Source: Felis catus (lineage: Eukaryota). Taken from it: a stretch of DNA of 64,000 nucleotides. The notes under the pieces are model-generated. The model worked only from the letters and a program-made list of their open reading frames with translations, had not been told where the DNA came from and searched no databases. A program made the position numbers and the translations under genes. The first letter of the stretch is position 1. Every line of letters begins with the position of its first letter. The stretch is taken from the NCBI RefSeq assembly GCF_018350175.1, contig NC_058377.1, positions 61,566,001 to 61,630,000 on the forward strand, written 5' to 3'. Positions 51,610 through 63,944 of this stretch are shown piece by piece.

Positions 51610-52420
51610 GAGCATTACCTGACAGGTGCAGACGGTGGGAAGGCAGGTGGGAGAGGATCTGCATGATTACAGAGCAGGAGGGGGGGGGGGTGGAGTGGTT
51701 ATCATTGGAAAAGCTGGAAATGAAACATTATGGGGTGAATTTGGCCAGAGTGAGACTTCCTTGCCCTTTCCTGTTGGGAGCCAGTTCTGCTCTTACCAGA
51801 CTCTTGAAGACCAAGGTCAGTCTTCATAATACAATGACTCAGCACTCACTTGTCATCCACTCTTTCTCCTCCTGAGATTCTCATCTCATTCACTTGCATC
51901 TCATGCTGGCCATGCCTCTTCTTTCTATCTGCACCCTCTATAACAGCCCTCTTCAATGTCATGAACTCTGAGCCATTTGCTGCTGGGCTATCTGCCAATA
52001 GGCCAGAAGTATCTCTGTGAGAACCTTTCTTGCTTTTCTTCTGTTGCTGCAGAACAGACATGCTCCCTGTTCTGTCAGTTTATCTGAGATCGTGTTGGTG
52101 GGTTCATCTCCACCAAAACTCCCAGCAAGGTTTGTATCATGCTGAGGCAGGAGCATAAATTTATTGAACTCAAACTGTAGAGGAAAGCCCCTGACCACCA
52201 CTTGTAATGTTCCCCAGTGAATGTGAGAAGGACCCTGTCTGAAGACAGACAGAGATTTCCTAGCCAGTAGCCCAAGCCACAGGAGGCCCAGCAGCTCATA
52301 ATTAAGCCCCCTTGGGTCCAATCACATCTCATGTCTCTGAAATCATTTCTAAAACTTGCAGAATCTCCTTGCTCTCCTCTTTTCGCTTTCCCACGGGGTA
52401 AATGCAGAGAAATTAAAGTA
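51610..52420 (-). promoter_or_regulatory. Candidate promoter / 5' UTR exons of OR52A1-like copy C
   Basis: Near-identical to 22080-22900; TAATTA 52299-52304, TCCCACGGGG 52389-52398. Confidence 0.45.
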
Positions 52421-53466
52421 CCCATGTTATATTTTTTAAGAGTTCAGTTCCTTTCCTGCTGTCCTCCTTTGGAAAAAGATCTAAAGCACCTTTAAATGTA
52501 GGCATGTTTCTATGCCATGAATTCTATAAGTATCCTTTTGACCCATCTTTCACTTAGGCACTTCTGGAAAGAAAAGTCTGTATCCACCAGGGCTTTCTAT
52601 CACATATTTCCCTCTAATTCTCTTGCAGTCTCCTTCCTCAGATTTTTATTTTATTGAAGCTATTTTTGTAAATTCAGTGATTTTCTCAGAATGACCAGTT
52701 ATGATGGACATTTCTAAATCCTTCCATACTGAGCCTTGAATCAGTTGTTGCACATTGGACTGAACTTTTCTCCATCCCTCCTTTCCATATATTTCTTCCA
52801 CTTTTCTTGCACTCTTCCTTCGGATTGCAGGTGTTTTATGCCTCATAGATGTGAGGGAATCACGCTATTCTGAACTTGATGCAAATAAAAGAATTATGAT
52901 ATATGCTTTCAAATTTCTAGAAATGTGGGGAGAAGAATTAGCATATCTTTAATCATGAGAACAAATGATGAGTTCTAAAAAAACAAACTTATATACATTG
53001 TAACTTTCTCCTTGACATGATTTACCTGATTTCCAGACCGTTTTTGTACGTTGCTAACCTTAAGAGGTACTTGACGTAATGTTGAGATGCTGGCAAGTTT
53101 AGGAAGAATACCTTCAGTATGATGAAGGAAGACATTCATAATGGATTGCAGGGAGAATAAGAGGTAGAGGTCAAAGAGCAAGGGGGCCTTGCATGCTCTT
53201 TCCACAATTCCGTCTGTAAAGGAGACTGATACCATGGCATTGAGTCATGTTGAATGCAATTGATTCAGAGGTCAGACTGTCACTTCTTGGCTAACAATAG
53301 CTCATTGTTAAGTCACCGAAAAACTTAGACTATTTTATACTTTTGTTTCCTTTTTCTTCCTCTCTTCTACTGACTTTACTTCGATAGATTTTCTTTCTTT
53401 TTTCCTAAAATTGTGAGGGTTGTGGGTCGTAGGCTAATGGATCATTTTAAAGGTTCATCATTTGCA

Positions 53467-54460
53467 AACGGAATTTGCAAATTATATATCTAATACGGGA
53501 TTAATGCCCAGAATATACAAAAAACTCAAACAACTCAAAACCAAAAAGATAAACAACCGAATTTAAAAATAGGCAAAGGAATTAAATAATTAATCCTCTA
53601 AAGAAAATATACAAATAAAATAAATAAATAAACGCTATGGAGCCTGCTTTGGATTCTGTGTCTCCTTCTCTCTCTGCCTAACCCCCGCTTGTGCTCCGTC
53701 TCTCAAAAATAAATAAGGAAATGTAAAACACAATTAAAAAATTGAAACACTAACAAGTTTTGACAAAATAGGGAAAAATTGGAACCATCATACATTGCCA
53801 GAGGAAATGAAAAATGGTGCACATTCTGTGGAAAACAGTTTGGCAGTTTCTTAAAAACTCAGGCACAGAATTACATGTAATGCAGTAATTCCACTCCTGA
53901 GTATGTACCCCCCAAATAAGAACAGGTATTCAAAGACATACCTGTACATGGATGTTCATTGCAGCATTATTTACAGTAGGCAAATGGTGGAAGCAACCGA
54001 ACTGCACATCCATAGATGAATGTAAAAAACAATGTATACACACACACACACACATATACATATACATATATATATAAAGAGAACATTATGCATCAGTATA
54101 AAGAAATGAAGGATGCTACATTCATAAAGGATGAAACATGCTACAACATGGATGACCTTTGCAAATCTTATGTTCAGTGAAATAAGCCAGACACAAAACA
54201 TAAATATTATATGATTCCACCTCTACAAGTAAACAAAATCATAGAAATATAAAGTGGGTTATAGGTTAACAGGGGAGTGGGGAATTATTGCTCAGAGACA
54301 TAGGGTTTCTGTTTTGGGTGATGAAAGCTTTTGCAACTGGTGGCAAATGGAACACAACATTGCAAATATGATTAATTGCTCTGAATCATACACTTAAAAA
54401 TCATTGTTATCACAAACTTTATGGAACAGATATTTTGCCACAAAAAATTTTGAAAAAATA
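53467..54460 (+). mobile_element. Old L1M fragment with partially deleted SINE (53638-53740)
   Basis: Paralog of 3929-5160; ~200 bp including the SINE head is replaced by an aaat-rich filler. Confidence 0.8.
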
Positions 54461-55825
54461 TCAGCATGCAAACGATAAAATATATTAGCATTTATTGGGA
54501 TTATGGGGAATTTGTAGATCATGGTGGATGCCATATTATCATTACAATGAATAATATGCAATAAACATTTCCTACATGTATTTCAGACACATGTACATTT
54601 TTGTTTACCATTTTAAATGATGTCATTTTCCACTTCATTTTTCTAATCATTCTAGCTACAATAAAACACTAATGTCTTCTCCCCCACCTCTGCCCCAGGT
54701 TTACTGAAGTATAATTGACAATCAGAAATTGCTTATAACGGATGTGTGTAACTGATGACCCAATATATGTATACATTATGAAATACTCACTAAAACGAAG
54801 CCAATCAACATATCCATCACTTCACACCTGTACCATTTTCCTATGTCTTTTTTCTCCTTTGTGATGAGACTACCCAAGGTCTACCCCTCAACAAATTTCA
54901 AACACAAAATCCAGGATAAGTAAATATGGATTAGTATGCCATTCTTGTGGAACTCTGTTGGCTTTACAAAGACTAGGAAAATAATTAAATACAGAAATAA
55001 GGAAAAATAAATTAAGACACAAAACCTAGGATTTGTCTTCTTCTTTCTCCACTTCTTATACTTCTTTAATTATATTAGCTAAAACCCCTATTATAACATG
55101 ATATTCTGCAACAGTTTTGACATGGCAAACTAGTATCTTTAGCCTCTTCCCACTTTTGGATACATTTTCCTAATACCCTATGCTTCATGTCACAGCGTTT
55201 CACCATGTCTGAGACCACTTAGGGCAGAGCAGAAACCATCAGAGGAAGATTTGTTCTGACTCCGTAGTATCTCTATATCTGCTACTGCTCAGCTACCCAG
55301 GTAATGTATTCTTTAACTCGCTGGGTCTCAGAGTCTGATATTAAATGACCCGGCGTCTTCATCTCATGAAACACGGTTCTCACTTTAGCAATCTCTTAGT
55401 GCTTTTTTTTCTTCCACTTCTTCTTTTTCTTTTTTAATTGTACCTGGAAAAGTAGGTCAGTTTTCTCTAAGCCCCTCCAGGGCTCTCAGTTTCTATTGTG
55501 CATGGTATACCGTTTTTCTTACTCACTGTTACCCAGTGGGGGACTTTGTGGTCAAGAAGATGGTAGGATGGTAGGATACGGAGCATCCCCTTCAAAATTT
55601 CCAGGGCAACGACTCAGTGATTGTGCTTCTAGCAGCTAAGAACACACAGTGTACTCCTGACTCCTTCAACATCTACCAATCCCTGAGCCCTCAACCTGAA
55701 AGCTTCTCTACAATTAAGGCTGACGACTCAGTCATTGTTTATTCCTGTCATATTTCATACATTCTGGGTGGGAAATTGGTATTTCCTTAGTTCCTCACTG
55801 TCAAAAATCAAGCCTTAAAAAGTCT

Positions 55826-55877
55826 CCTTTTTTTAATAATTTTTTAATGTTTATCTATTTTTGAGAGACAGAGACAC

Positions 55878-55925
<48 letters not shown>

Positions 55926-56086
55926 AGAGTGGGGGAGGAGCAGTGAGAGAGAGACACATTCTGAAGCAGGCTCCAGGCTCCTAGCTGTCAGCACAGAGAC
56001 CAACACAGGGCTCAAACCTCAAACCATGAGATCATGACCTGAGCCGAAGTCAGATGCTTCACCACCTGAGCCACCCAGGCACCCCC
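55826..56086 (-). mobile_element. CAN-SINE (paralog of 6515-6754)
   Basis: Same site in all three units. Confidence 0.9.
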
Positions 56087-56506
56087 TCAAAAAGATTTCT
56101 CTTTGAAGTCTCACTTACACCACTCATTTAATCAAATATTTTGTTATCATTCTGTACTCTATTTCCTCTGACTCCCTTTCAATCCTTGGAGAATTTACTT
56201 CTGATCCAGAATCCTATTTGCTACAACTTTTAGCAACATTTTATGTGACTTCCGTATCTATGATGATGACCCATTCCAACCATTTTTCTATGAATTATTG
56301 TTATCAGGGCTATGTTGAGTTTGGGGAGATCAGTTCTTTGATGTTTCTGTTCATAAAAGTTACCAACACCATCAAAATAAAATTTGCTTTTATTAAATTA
56401 CAAATACATCATATGACATATTTCATTTAATTGTCAACCAATAAAGAAGGTACTAAAATAATTCCTCTTTAAGGGCAAGAACCAATAGTTACATAACAGG
56501 ACAATT

Positions 56507-56510
<4 letters not shown>

Positions 56511-56541
<31 letters not shown>

Positions 56542-56752
56542 TTAAAAAAATTTTAACGTTTATTTATTTCTGAGACAGAGAGAGACAGAGCATGAACAGG
56601 GGAGGGGCAGAGAGAGGGAGACACAGAATCTGAAACAGGCTCCAGGCTCTGAGCTGTCAGCACAGAGCCCGACGCGGGCTTGAACTCACGAACCGTGCAA
56701 TCAGACCTGAGCCTAAGTCGGTCGCTTAACCAACCGAGCCATCCAGTCGCCC
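56511..56752 (-). mobile_element. Young SINEC_Fc-like SINE, unit-3 specific
   Basis: Perfect 16-bp TSD aacaggacaattttat (56495-56510, 56753-56768); (TTTA)n tail; CpGs retained; empty sites at ~7162 and ~32419. Confidence 0.97.
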
Positions 56753-56942
56753 AACAGGACAATTTTATACAGTTAGTGTGGGACTGGCAAACCAGGATTT
56801 CTCATATCAAAGGGTTTTTTTTTTAACTCTTAAAATAGATTTCCTTGCTCAAATTCAAGTGAATATAACATATATTTCAAACCAAAGTAGTTATCCAGGA
56901 TTCCAAGGGTCAAGGCATCACGCTTTCATTTCCCACATTGAT

Positions 56943-56948
<6 letters not shown>

Positions 56949-56995
<47 letters not shown>

Positions 56996-57105
56996 ATATA
57001 TATGACATATATATATCATATATATATATTGATATATATGTGATGTATATTACATCATGTGTATATATACATCCTATATCATATATATATATCATATATA
57101 TATAT
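56949..57105. repeat. (AT)n microsatellite plus TA-rich extension
   Basis: Long pure AT run at 56949-56992. Confidence 0.95.
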
Positions 57106-58258
57106 CATTAACATGCATGTGTATATATGTGTGTTTTTATAATGTGTATGTATATATTACATTGTACATATATTAATATGTCTAGTGTATACAAACACAC
57201 ATCACATATACATAATAGAAAAACAAAGAAAAAAGGCTAACCCGGAAAAGGTTGCACGTGTTCAAGGTAATGCTTGAAAGTTCATTGTTTGTCTATCTTC
57301 AAGTGTATATAAGGTCAGATTGCACATTCTCAGAGCATGTGCTATGGCCTGCTGAAGGAGAGATTGTAAGAATACTATCTTGAATGAAGAAATTAAAGTA
57401 CAATCTGGAGACAAGCTTCTATAAAATAATATTTGGTGTGAATAGAGCCTCTTTAAATACAACTATGTGTAAACATCTTATTTAGTCTTTCACTGCCTTT
57501 TTTTTGGACCTGGGTATGGTATTTTTCATCTGTTAGTCCCTCCCTTGGTGAAGTCTGTTGACACCAAGATGCTTCATTAATGATTTGGGCCCAAAGTCTT
57601 CACTATGTAGGGAACAAAGTGTTAAATTTTAAGTTGTCTATGTGGTCTCAGGTGGGTTGATTTCACTAATTATTTGTTTTCATTCAGTATCATCTATTCA
57701 TTCAATAAACCTATACGATGTGCCTTTTCTACACAGTAGACTTTCTATCAGTGATTCAGAAAATATCTCATTTTAGAACTCGCATTTTAATTGCCGTAAA
57801 AGGTACAGATAGAAATAATTATTGCTTATTGTTTATTGTTTATTGTGGCTTCAAGCTCCTGGCCCAAGTATTTACTGACTGTGGTGGGACTGTTTTATAT
57901 TTCAGCAGAATTTCTTTCTTTTTTTTTTTTTTTGCCAAGCAGAAGACAATATACTTTAATTGAATCATACAATGTATAAACACTTCCAGTTTTTTTTTTT
58001 TGGTAGTTATCAATTTATTATTTTCTTTTTTTTATATATATGAAATTTATTGACAAATTCGTTTCCATACAACACTCAGTGCTCATCCCAAAAGCTGCCC
58101 TCCTCAATACCCATCACCCACCCTCTCCTCCCTCCCACCCCCCATCAACCCTCAGTTTGTTCTCAGTTTTTAACAGTCTCTTATGCTTTGGCTCTCTCCC
58201 ACTCTAACCTCTTTTTTTTTTTTTTCCTTCCTCTCCCCCATGGGTTCCTGTTAATTTC

Positions 58259-61200
58259 TCAGGGTCCACATAAGAGTGAAACCATATGGTATCTGTCTTT
58301 CTCTGTATGGCTTATTTCACTTAGCATCACACTCTCCAGTTCCATCCACGTTGCTACAAAAGGCCATATTTCATTTTTTCTCATTGCCACGTAATATTCC
58401 ATTGTGTATATAAACCACAATTTCTTTATCCATTCATCAGTTGATGGACATTTAGGCTCTTTCCATAATTTGGCTATTGTTGAGAGTGCTGCTATGAACA
58501 CTGGGGTTCAAGTGGCCCTATGCATCAGTACTCCTGTATCCCTTGGATAAATTCCTAGCAGTGCTATTGCTGGGTCATAGGGTAGGTCTATTTTTAATTT
58601 TCTGAGGAACCTCCACACTGCTTTCCAGAGCGGCTGCACCAATTTGCATTCCCACCAACAGTGCAAGAGGGTTCCCGTTTCTCCACATCCTCTCCAGCAT
58701 CTAGAGTCTCCTGATTTGTTCATTTTGGCCACTCTGACTGGCGNNNNNNNNNNNNNNNNNNNNNNNNNNNNNNNNNNNNNNNNNNNNNNNNNNNNNNNNN
58801 NNNNNNNNNNNNNNNNNNNNNNNNNNNNNNNNNNNNNNNNNNNNNNNNNNNNNNNNNNNNNNNNNNNNNNNNNNNTCTTCACTGGGTTATTTGTTTTTCG
58901 GTGTGGAGTTTGGTGAGCTCTTTATAGATTTTGGATACTAGCCCTTTGTCCGATATGTCATTTGCGAATATCTTTTCCCATTCCGTTGGTTGCCTTTTAG
59001 TTTTGTTGGTTGTTTCCTTTGCTGTGCAGAAGCTTTTTATCTTCATAAGGTCCTAGTAATTCACTTTTGCTTTTAATTCCCTTGCCTTTGGGGATGTGTC
59101 GAGTAAGAGATTGCTACGGCTGAGGTCAGAGAGGTCTTTTCCTGCTTTCTCCTCTAAGGTTTTGATGGTTTCCTGTCTCACATTTAGGTCCTTTATCCAT
59201 TTTGAGTTTATTTTTGTGAATGGTGTGAGAAAGTGGTCTAGTTTCAACCTTCTGCATGTTGCTGTCCAGTTCTCCCAGCACCATTTGTTAAAGAGGCTGT
59301 CTTTTTTCCATTGGATGTTCTTTCCTGCTTTGTCAAAGATGAGTTGGCCATACGTTTGTGGGTCTAGTTCTGGGGTTTCTATTTATTCCATTGGTCTATG
59401 TGTCTGTTTTTGTGCCAATACCATGCTGTCTTGATGATGACAGCTTTGTAGTAGAGGCTAAAGTCTGGGATTGTGATGCCTCCTGCTTTTGTCTTCTTCT
59501 TCAAAATTCCTTTGGCTATTCGGGGCCTTTTGTGGTTCCATGTGAATTTTAGGATTGCTTGTTCTAGTTTCGAGAAGAATGCTGGTGCCATTTGGTTGGG
59601 ATTGCATTGAATGTGTAGATAGCTTTGGGTAGTATTGACATTTTGACAATATTTATTTTTCCAATCCATGAGCAGGGAATGTCTTTCCATTTCTTTAAAT
59701 CTTCTTCAATTTCCTTCATAAGCTTTCTATAGTTTTCAGCATACAGATCCTTTACATCTTTGGTTAGATTTATTCCTAGGTATTTTATGCTTCTTGGTGC
59801 AATTGTGAATGGGATCAGTTTCTTTATTTGTCTTTCTGTTGCTTCATTGTTAGTGTATAAGAATGCAACTCATTTCTGTACATTGATTTTGTATCCTGCA
59901 ACTTTGCTGAATTCCTGTATCAGTTCTAGCAGACTTTTGGTGGAGTCTGTCGGATTTTCCATGTATAATATCATGTCATCTGCAAAAAGCGAAAGCTTGA
60001 CTTCATCTTTGCCAATTTTGATGCCTTTGATTTTGTTTTGTTGTCTGATTGCTGATGCTAGAACTTCCAGCACTATGTTAAACAGCAGCGGTGAGAGTGG
60101 ACATCCTTGTCATGTTCCTGATCTCAGGGAAAAAGCTCTCAGTTTTTCCCCGTTGAGGATGATGTCAGCTGTGGGCTTTTCATAAATGGCTTTTATGATC
60201 TTTAAGTATGTTCCTTCTATCCTGACTTTCTCAAGGGTTTTTATTAAGAAAGGGTGCTGGATTTTGTCAAAGGCCTTTTCTGCATCAATTGACAGGATCA
60301 TATGGTTCTTCTCTTTTTTTTTGTTAATGTGATGTATCACGTTGATTGATTTGCGAATGTTGAACCAGCCCTGCATCCCAGGAATGAATCCCACTTGATC
60401 ATGGTGAATAATTCTTTTTATATGCCATTGAATTCGATTTGCTAGTATCTTATTGAGAATTTTTGCATCCATATTCATCAGGGATATTGGCCTGTAGTTC
60501 TCTTTTTTTACTGGGTCTCTGTCTGGTTTAGGAATCAAAGTAATACTGGCTTCATAGAATGAGTCTGGAAGTTTTCCTTCCCTTTCTATTTCTTGGAATA
60601 GCTTGAGAAGGATACGTATTATCTATGCTTTAAACGTCTGGTAGAACTCCCCTGGGAAGCCATCTGGTCCTGGACTCTTATTTGTTGGGAGATTTTTGAT
60701 AACCGATTCAATTTCTTCGCTGGTTATGGGTCTGTTCAAGCTTTCTATTTCCTCCTGATTGAGTTTTGGAAGAGTGTGGGTGTTCAGGAATTTGTCCATT
60801 TCTTCCAGGTTGTCCAATTTGTTGGCATATAATTTTTCATAGTATTCCCTGATAATTGTTTGTATCTCTGAGGGATTGGTTGTAACAATTCCATTTTCAT
60901 TCATGATTTTATCTATTTGGGTCATCTTCCTTTTCTTTTTGAGAAGCCTGGCTAGAGGTTTGTCAATTTTGCTTATTTTTTCAAAAAACCAACTCTTGAT
61001 TTCATTGATCTGCTCTACAGTTTTTTTAGATTCTATATTGTTTATTTCTGTTCTGATCTTTATTATTTCTCTTCTTCTGCTGGGTTTAGGCTCCCTTTGC
61101 TGTTCTGCTTCTAGTTCCTTTAGGTGTGCTGTTAGATTTTGTATTTGGGATTTTTCTTGTTTCTTGAGATAGGCCTGGATTGCAATGTATTTTCCTCTCA

Positions 61201-62080
61201 GGACTGCCTTCGCTGTGTCCCAAAGCATATGGATTGTTGTATTTTCATTTTCGTTTGTTTCCATATATTTTTTAATTTCTTCTCTAATTGCCTGGTTGAC
61301 CCACTCATTCGTTAGTAGGGTGTTCTTTAATCTCCATGCTTTTGGAGGTTTTCCAGACTTTTTTCTGTGGTTGATTTCAAGCTTCATAGCATTGTGGTCT
61401 GAAAGTATGCATGGTATAATTTCAATTCTTGTAAACTTATGAAGGGCTGTTTTGTGACCCAGTATATGATCTCTCTTGGAGAATGTTCCATGTGCACGCG
61501 AGAAGAAAGTATATTCTGTTGCTTTGGGATGTAGAGTTCTAAATATATCTGTCAAGTCCATCTGATCCAATGTCTCATTCAGGGCCCTTGTTTCTTTATT
61601 GACCGTGTGTCTAGATGATCTATCCATTTCTGTAAGTGGGGTGTTAAAGTCCCCTGCAATTACCACATTCTTATCAATGATGTTGCTTATGTTTATGAGT
61701 AATTGTTTTATATATTTGGGGGCTCCGGTATTTGGCGCATAGACATTTATAATTGTTAGCTCTTCCTGATGGATAGACCCTGTAACTATATTATAATGTC
61801 CTTCTTCATCTCTTGTTACAGCCTTTAATTTAAAGTCTAGTTTGTCTGATATAAGTATGGCTACTCCAGCTTTTTTTTGACTTCCAGTGGCATGATAAAT
61901 AGTTCTCCATCCCCTCACTCTCAATCTAAAGGTGTCCTCAGGTCTAAAATGAGTCTCTTGTAGACAGCAAATAGATGGGTCTTGTTTTTTTATCCATTCT
62001 GATACCCTATGTCTTTTGGTTGGCGCATTGAATCCATTTACATTCAGTGTTATTATAGAAAGATACGGGTTTAGAGTCAT
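58259..62080 (-). pseudogene. L1 ORF2 (endonuclease / reverse transcriptase), disrupted
   Basis: [53 protein letters not shown]; stop at 60623 and further breaks split it into several ORFs; N gap inside. Confidence 0.95.
58744..58875. other. Assembly gap (132 N) within L1 ORF2
   Basis: N run. Confidence 1.
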
Positions 62081-62130
62081 TGTGATGTCTGTATGTTTTA
62101 TGCTTGTAGTGATGTCTCTGGGACTTTGTC

Positions 62131-63022
62131 TCACAGGGTCCCCCTTAGGGTCTCTTGTAGGGCTGGTTTAGTGGTGACAAATTCCTTCAGTTTTTGTTTG
62201 TTTGGGAAGACCTTTATCTCTCCTTCTATTCTAAATGACAGACTTGCTGGATAAAGGATTCTCAGCTGCATATTTTTTCTGTCTAGCACCCTGAAAATCT
62301 CGTGCCAATTCTTTCTGGCCTGCCAAGTTTCAAAAGAGAGATCAGTCACGAGTCTTATAGGTCTCCCTTTATATGTGAGGGCACGTTTACCCCTTGCTGC
62401 TTTCAGAATTTTCTCTTTATCCTTGTATTTTGCCAGTTTCACTATGATATGTCGTGCAGAAGATCGATTCAAGTTATGTCTGAAGGGAGTTCTCTATGCC
62501 TCTTGGATTTCAATGCCTTTTTCCTTCCCCAGTTCAGGAAAGTTCTCAGCTATTATTTCTTCAAGTACCCTTCAGCACCATTCCCTCTCTCTTCCTCCTC
62601 TGGGATACTAATTATGCGTATATTATTTCTTTTTAGTGTATCACTTAGTTCTCTAATTTTCCCCTCATACTCCTGGATTTTTTTATCTCTCTTTTTCTCA
62701 GCTTCCTCTTTTTCCATAACTTTATCTTCTAGTTCACCTATTCTCTCCTCTGCCTCTTCAATCCGAGCCGTGGTGGTTTCCATTTTGTTATGCATTTCGT
62801 TTAAAGCATTTTTCAGCTCCTCGTGACTGTTCCTTAGTCTCTTGATCTCTGTAGCAAGAGATTCTCTGCTGTCCTGTATACTGTTTTCAAGCCCAGCGAT
62901 TAATTTTATGACTATTATTCTAAATTCACTTTCTGTTATATTATTTAAATCCTTTTTGATCAGCTCATTAGCTGTTGTTATTTCCTGGAGATTCTTCTGA
63001 GGGGAATTCTTCCGCTGGTCAT
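62131..63022 (-). pseudogene. L1 ORF1, disrupted
   Basis: Coiled coil (RIEEAEERIGELEDK), RNNIRI, ARKNW, YPASLSF; frameshifts near codon 3 and ~62568, in-frame TAG at ~62494. Confidence 0.92.
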
Positions 63023-63944
63023 TTTGGATAGCCCCTGGTGTGGTGAGGACCCTAGGGCACTTCCCCTGTGCTGTGGTGTATAACTGGAGTTGGTGGGCGG
63101 GCCGGGGTCCGACCTGATGTCTGCCCCCAGCCCACCGCTGGGGCCACAGTCAGACTGGTGTGTGCCTTCTCTTCCCCTCTCCTAGGGGCGGATTCACTGT
63201 GGGGTGGCGTGGCCCATCTGGGCTACTTGCACACTGCCAGGCTTGTGATGCTGGGGATCTGGCGTATTAGCTGGGATGGGTAGGCAAGTTGCACAGGGGC
63301 AGGAGGGGCAGGCTTACCTCGCTTCTCCATTGGTGATCCACTTCAGGAGGGACCCTATGGCAGTAGGAGGGAGTCAGATCCGCTGCAGGAGGTTTGGCTC
63401 CCCAGAAGCACAGAGTTGGGTGTTTGTGCGGAGGGAACAAGTTCCCTGGCAGGAACTGGTTCTCTTTGGGATTTTGGCTGGGGGATGGGCGGGGGAGATG
63501 GCCTTGGCGAGTGCCTTTGTTCCCCACCAACTGAGCTCTGTAGTCCGGGGGCTCAGCAGCTCTCCCTCCCTTTGTCCTCCAGCCTTCCCGCTTTCTGAGC
63601 AGAGCTGTTAACTTATGACCTCCCAGACGCTAAGTCGCGCTTGCTGTTGGAACACAGTCCACCCGGCCCCTCCGCTTTTGCAAGCCAGACTCGGGGGTTC
63701 TGCTTGGCCGGCGAGCCGCCCCTCCGCCCCGGCTCCCTCCCTTCAGTCGTGGAGCGCGCACCGCCTCGCCGCCCTTCCTACCCTCTTCCGTGGGCCTCTC
63801 GTCTGCGTTTGGCTCCCGCGACTCCGTTCTGCTAATCCTCTGGCGGTTTTCTGGGTTATTTAGGCAGGTGTAGGTGGAATCTAAGTGATCAGCAGGACGC
63901 GCGGTGAGCCCAGCGTCCTCCTAAGCCGCCATCTTGCCGCTATC
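63023..63944 (-). promoter_or_regulatory. L1 5' UTR internal promoter (CpG-rich) with YY1 motif
   Basis: CpG-dense 63620-63940; caagatggcggc (YY1 consensus) at ~63925-63936 on the minus strand, ~10 bp from the 5' end. Confidence 0.85.

Larger units (their letters stand above)
24715..53465. repeat. Tandem segmental duplication unit 2 (two OR52A1 genes; 3.18-kb deletion at 37075/37078)
   Basis: Colinear with unit 1 apart from listed indels; contains an extra ~7.3 kb between its two OR52A1 genes. Confidence 0.93.
57915..63944 (-). mobile_element. Full-length felid-type LINE-1 (~6.0 kb), inactivated, with 3' extension
   Basis: 5' UTR, ORF1, 50-bp spacer, ORF2 (EN, RT, C-terminal), 3' UTR, poly(A). 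TSD tcagcagaatttc at 57902-57914 and 63945-63957. Empty sites at ~8233 and ~33533. Confidence 0.98.

Noticed and set aside
57915-63944. Possibly retrotransposition-competent L1
   Set aside because: ORF1 has frameshifts and a stop; ORF2 has a stop at 60623 and further breaks
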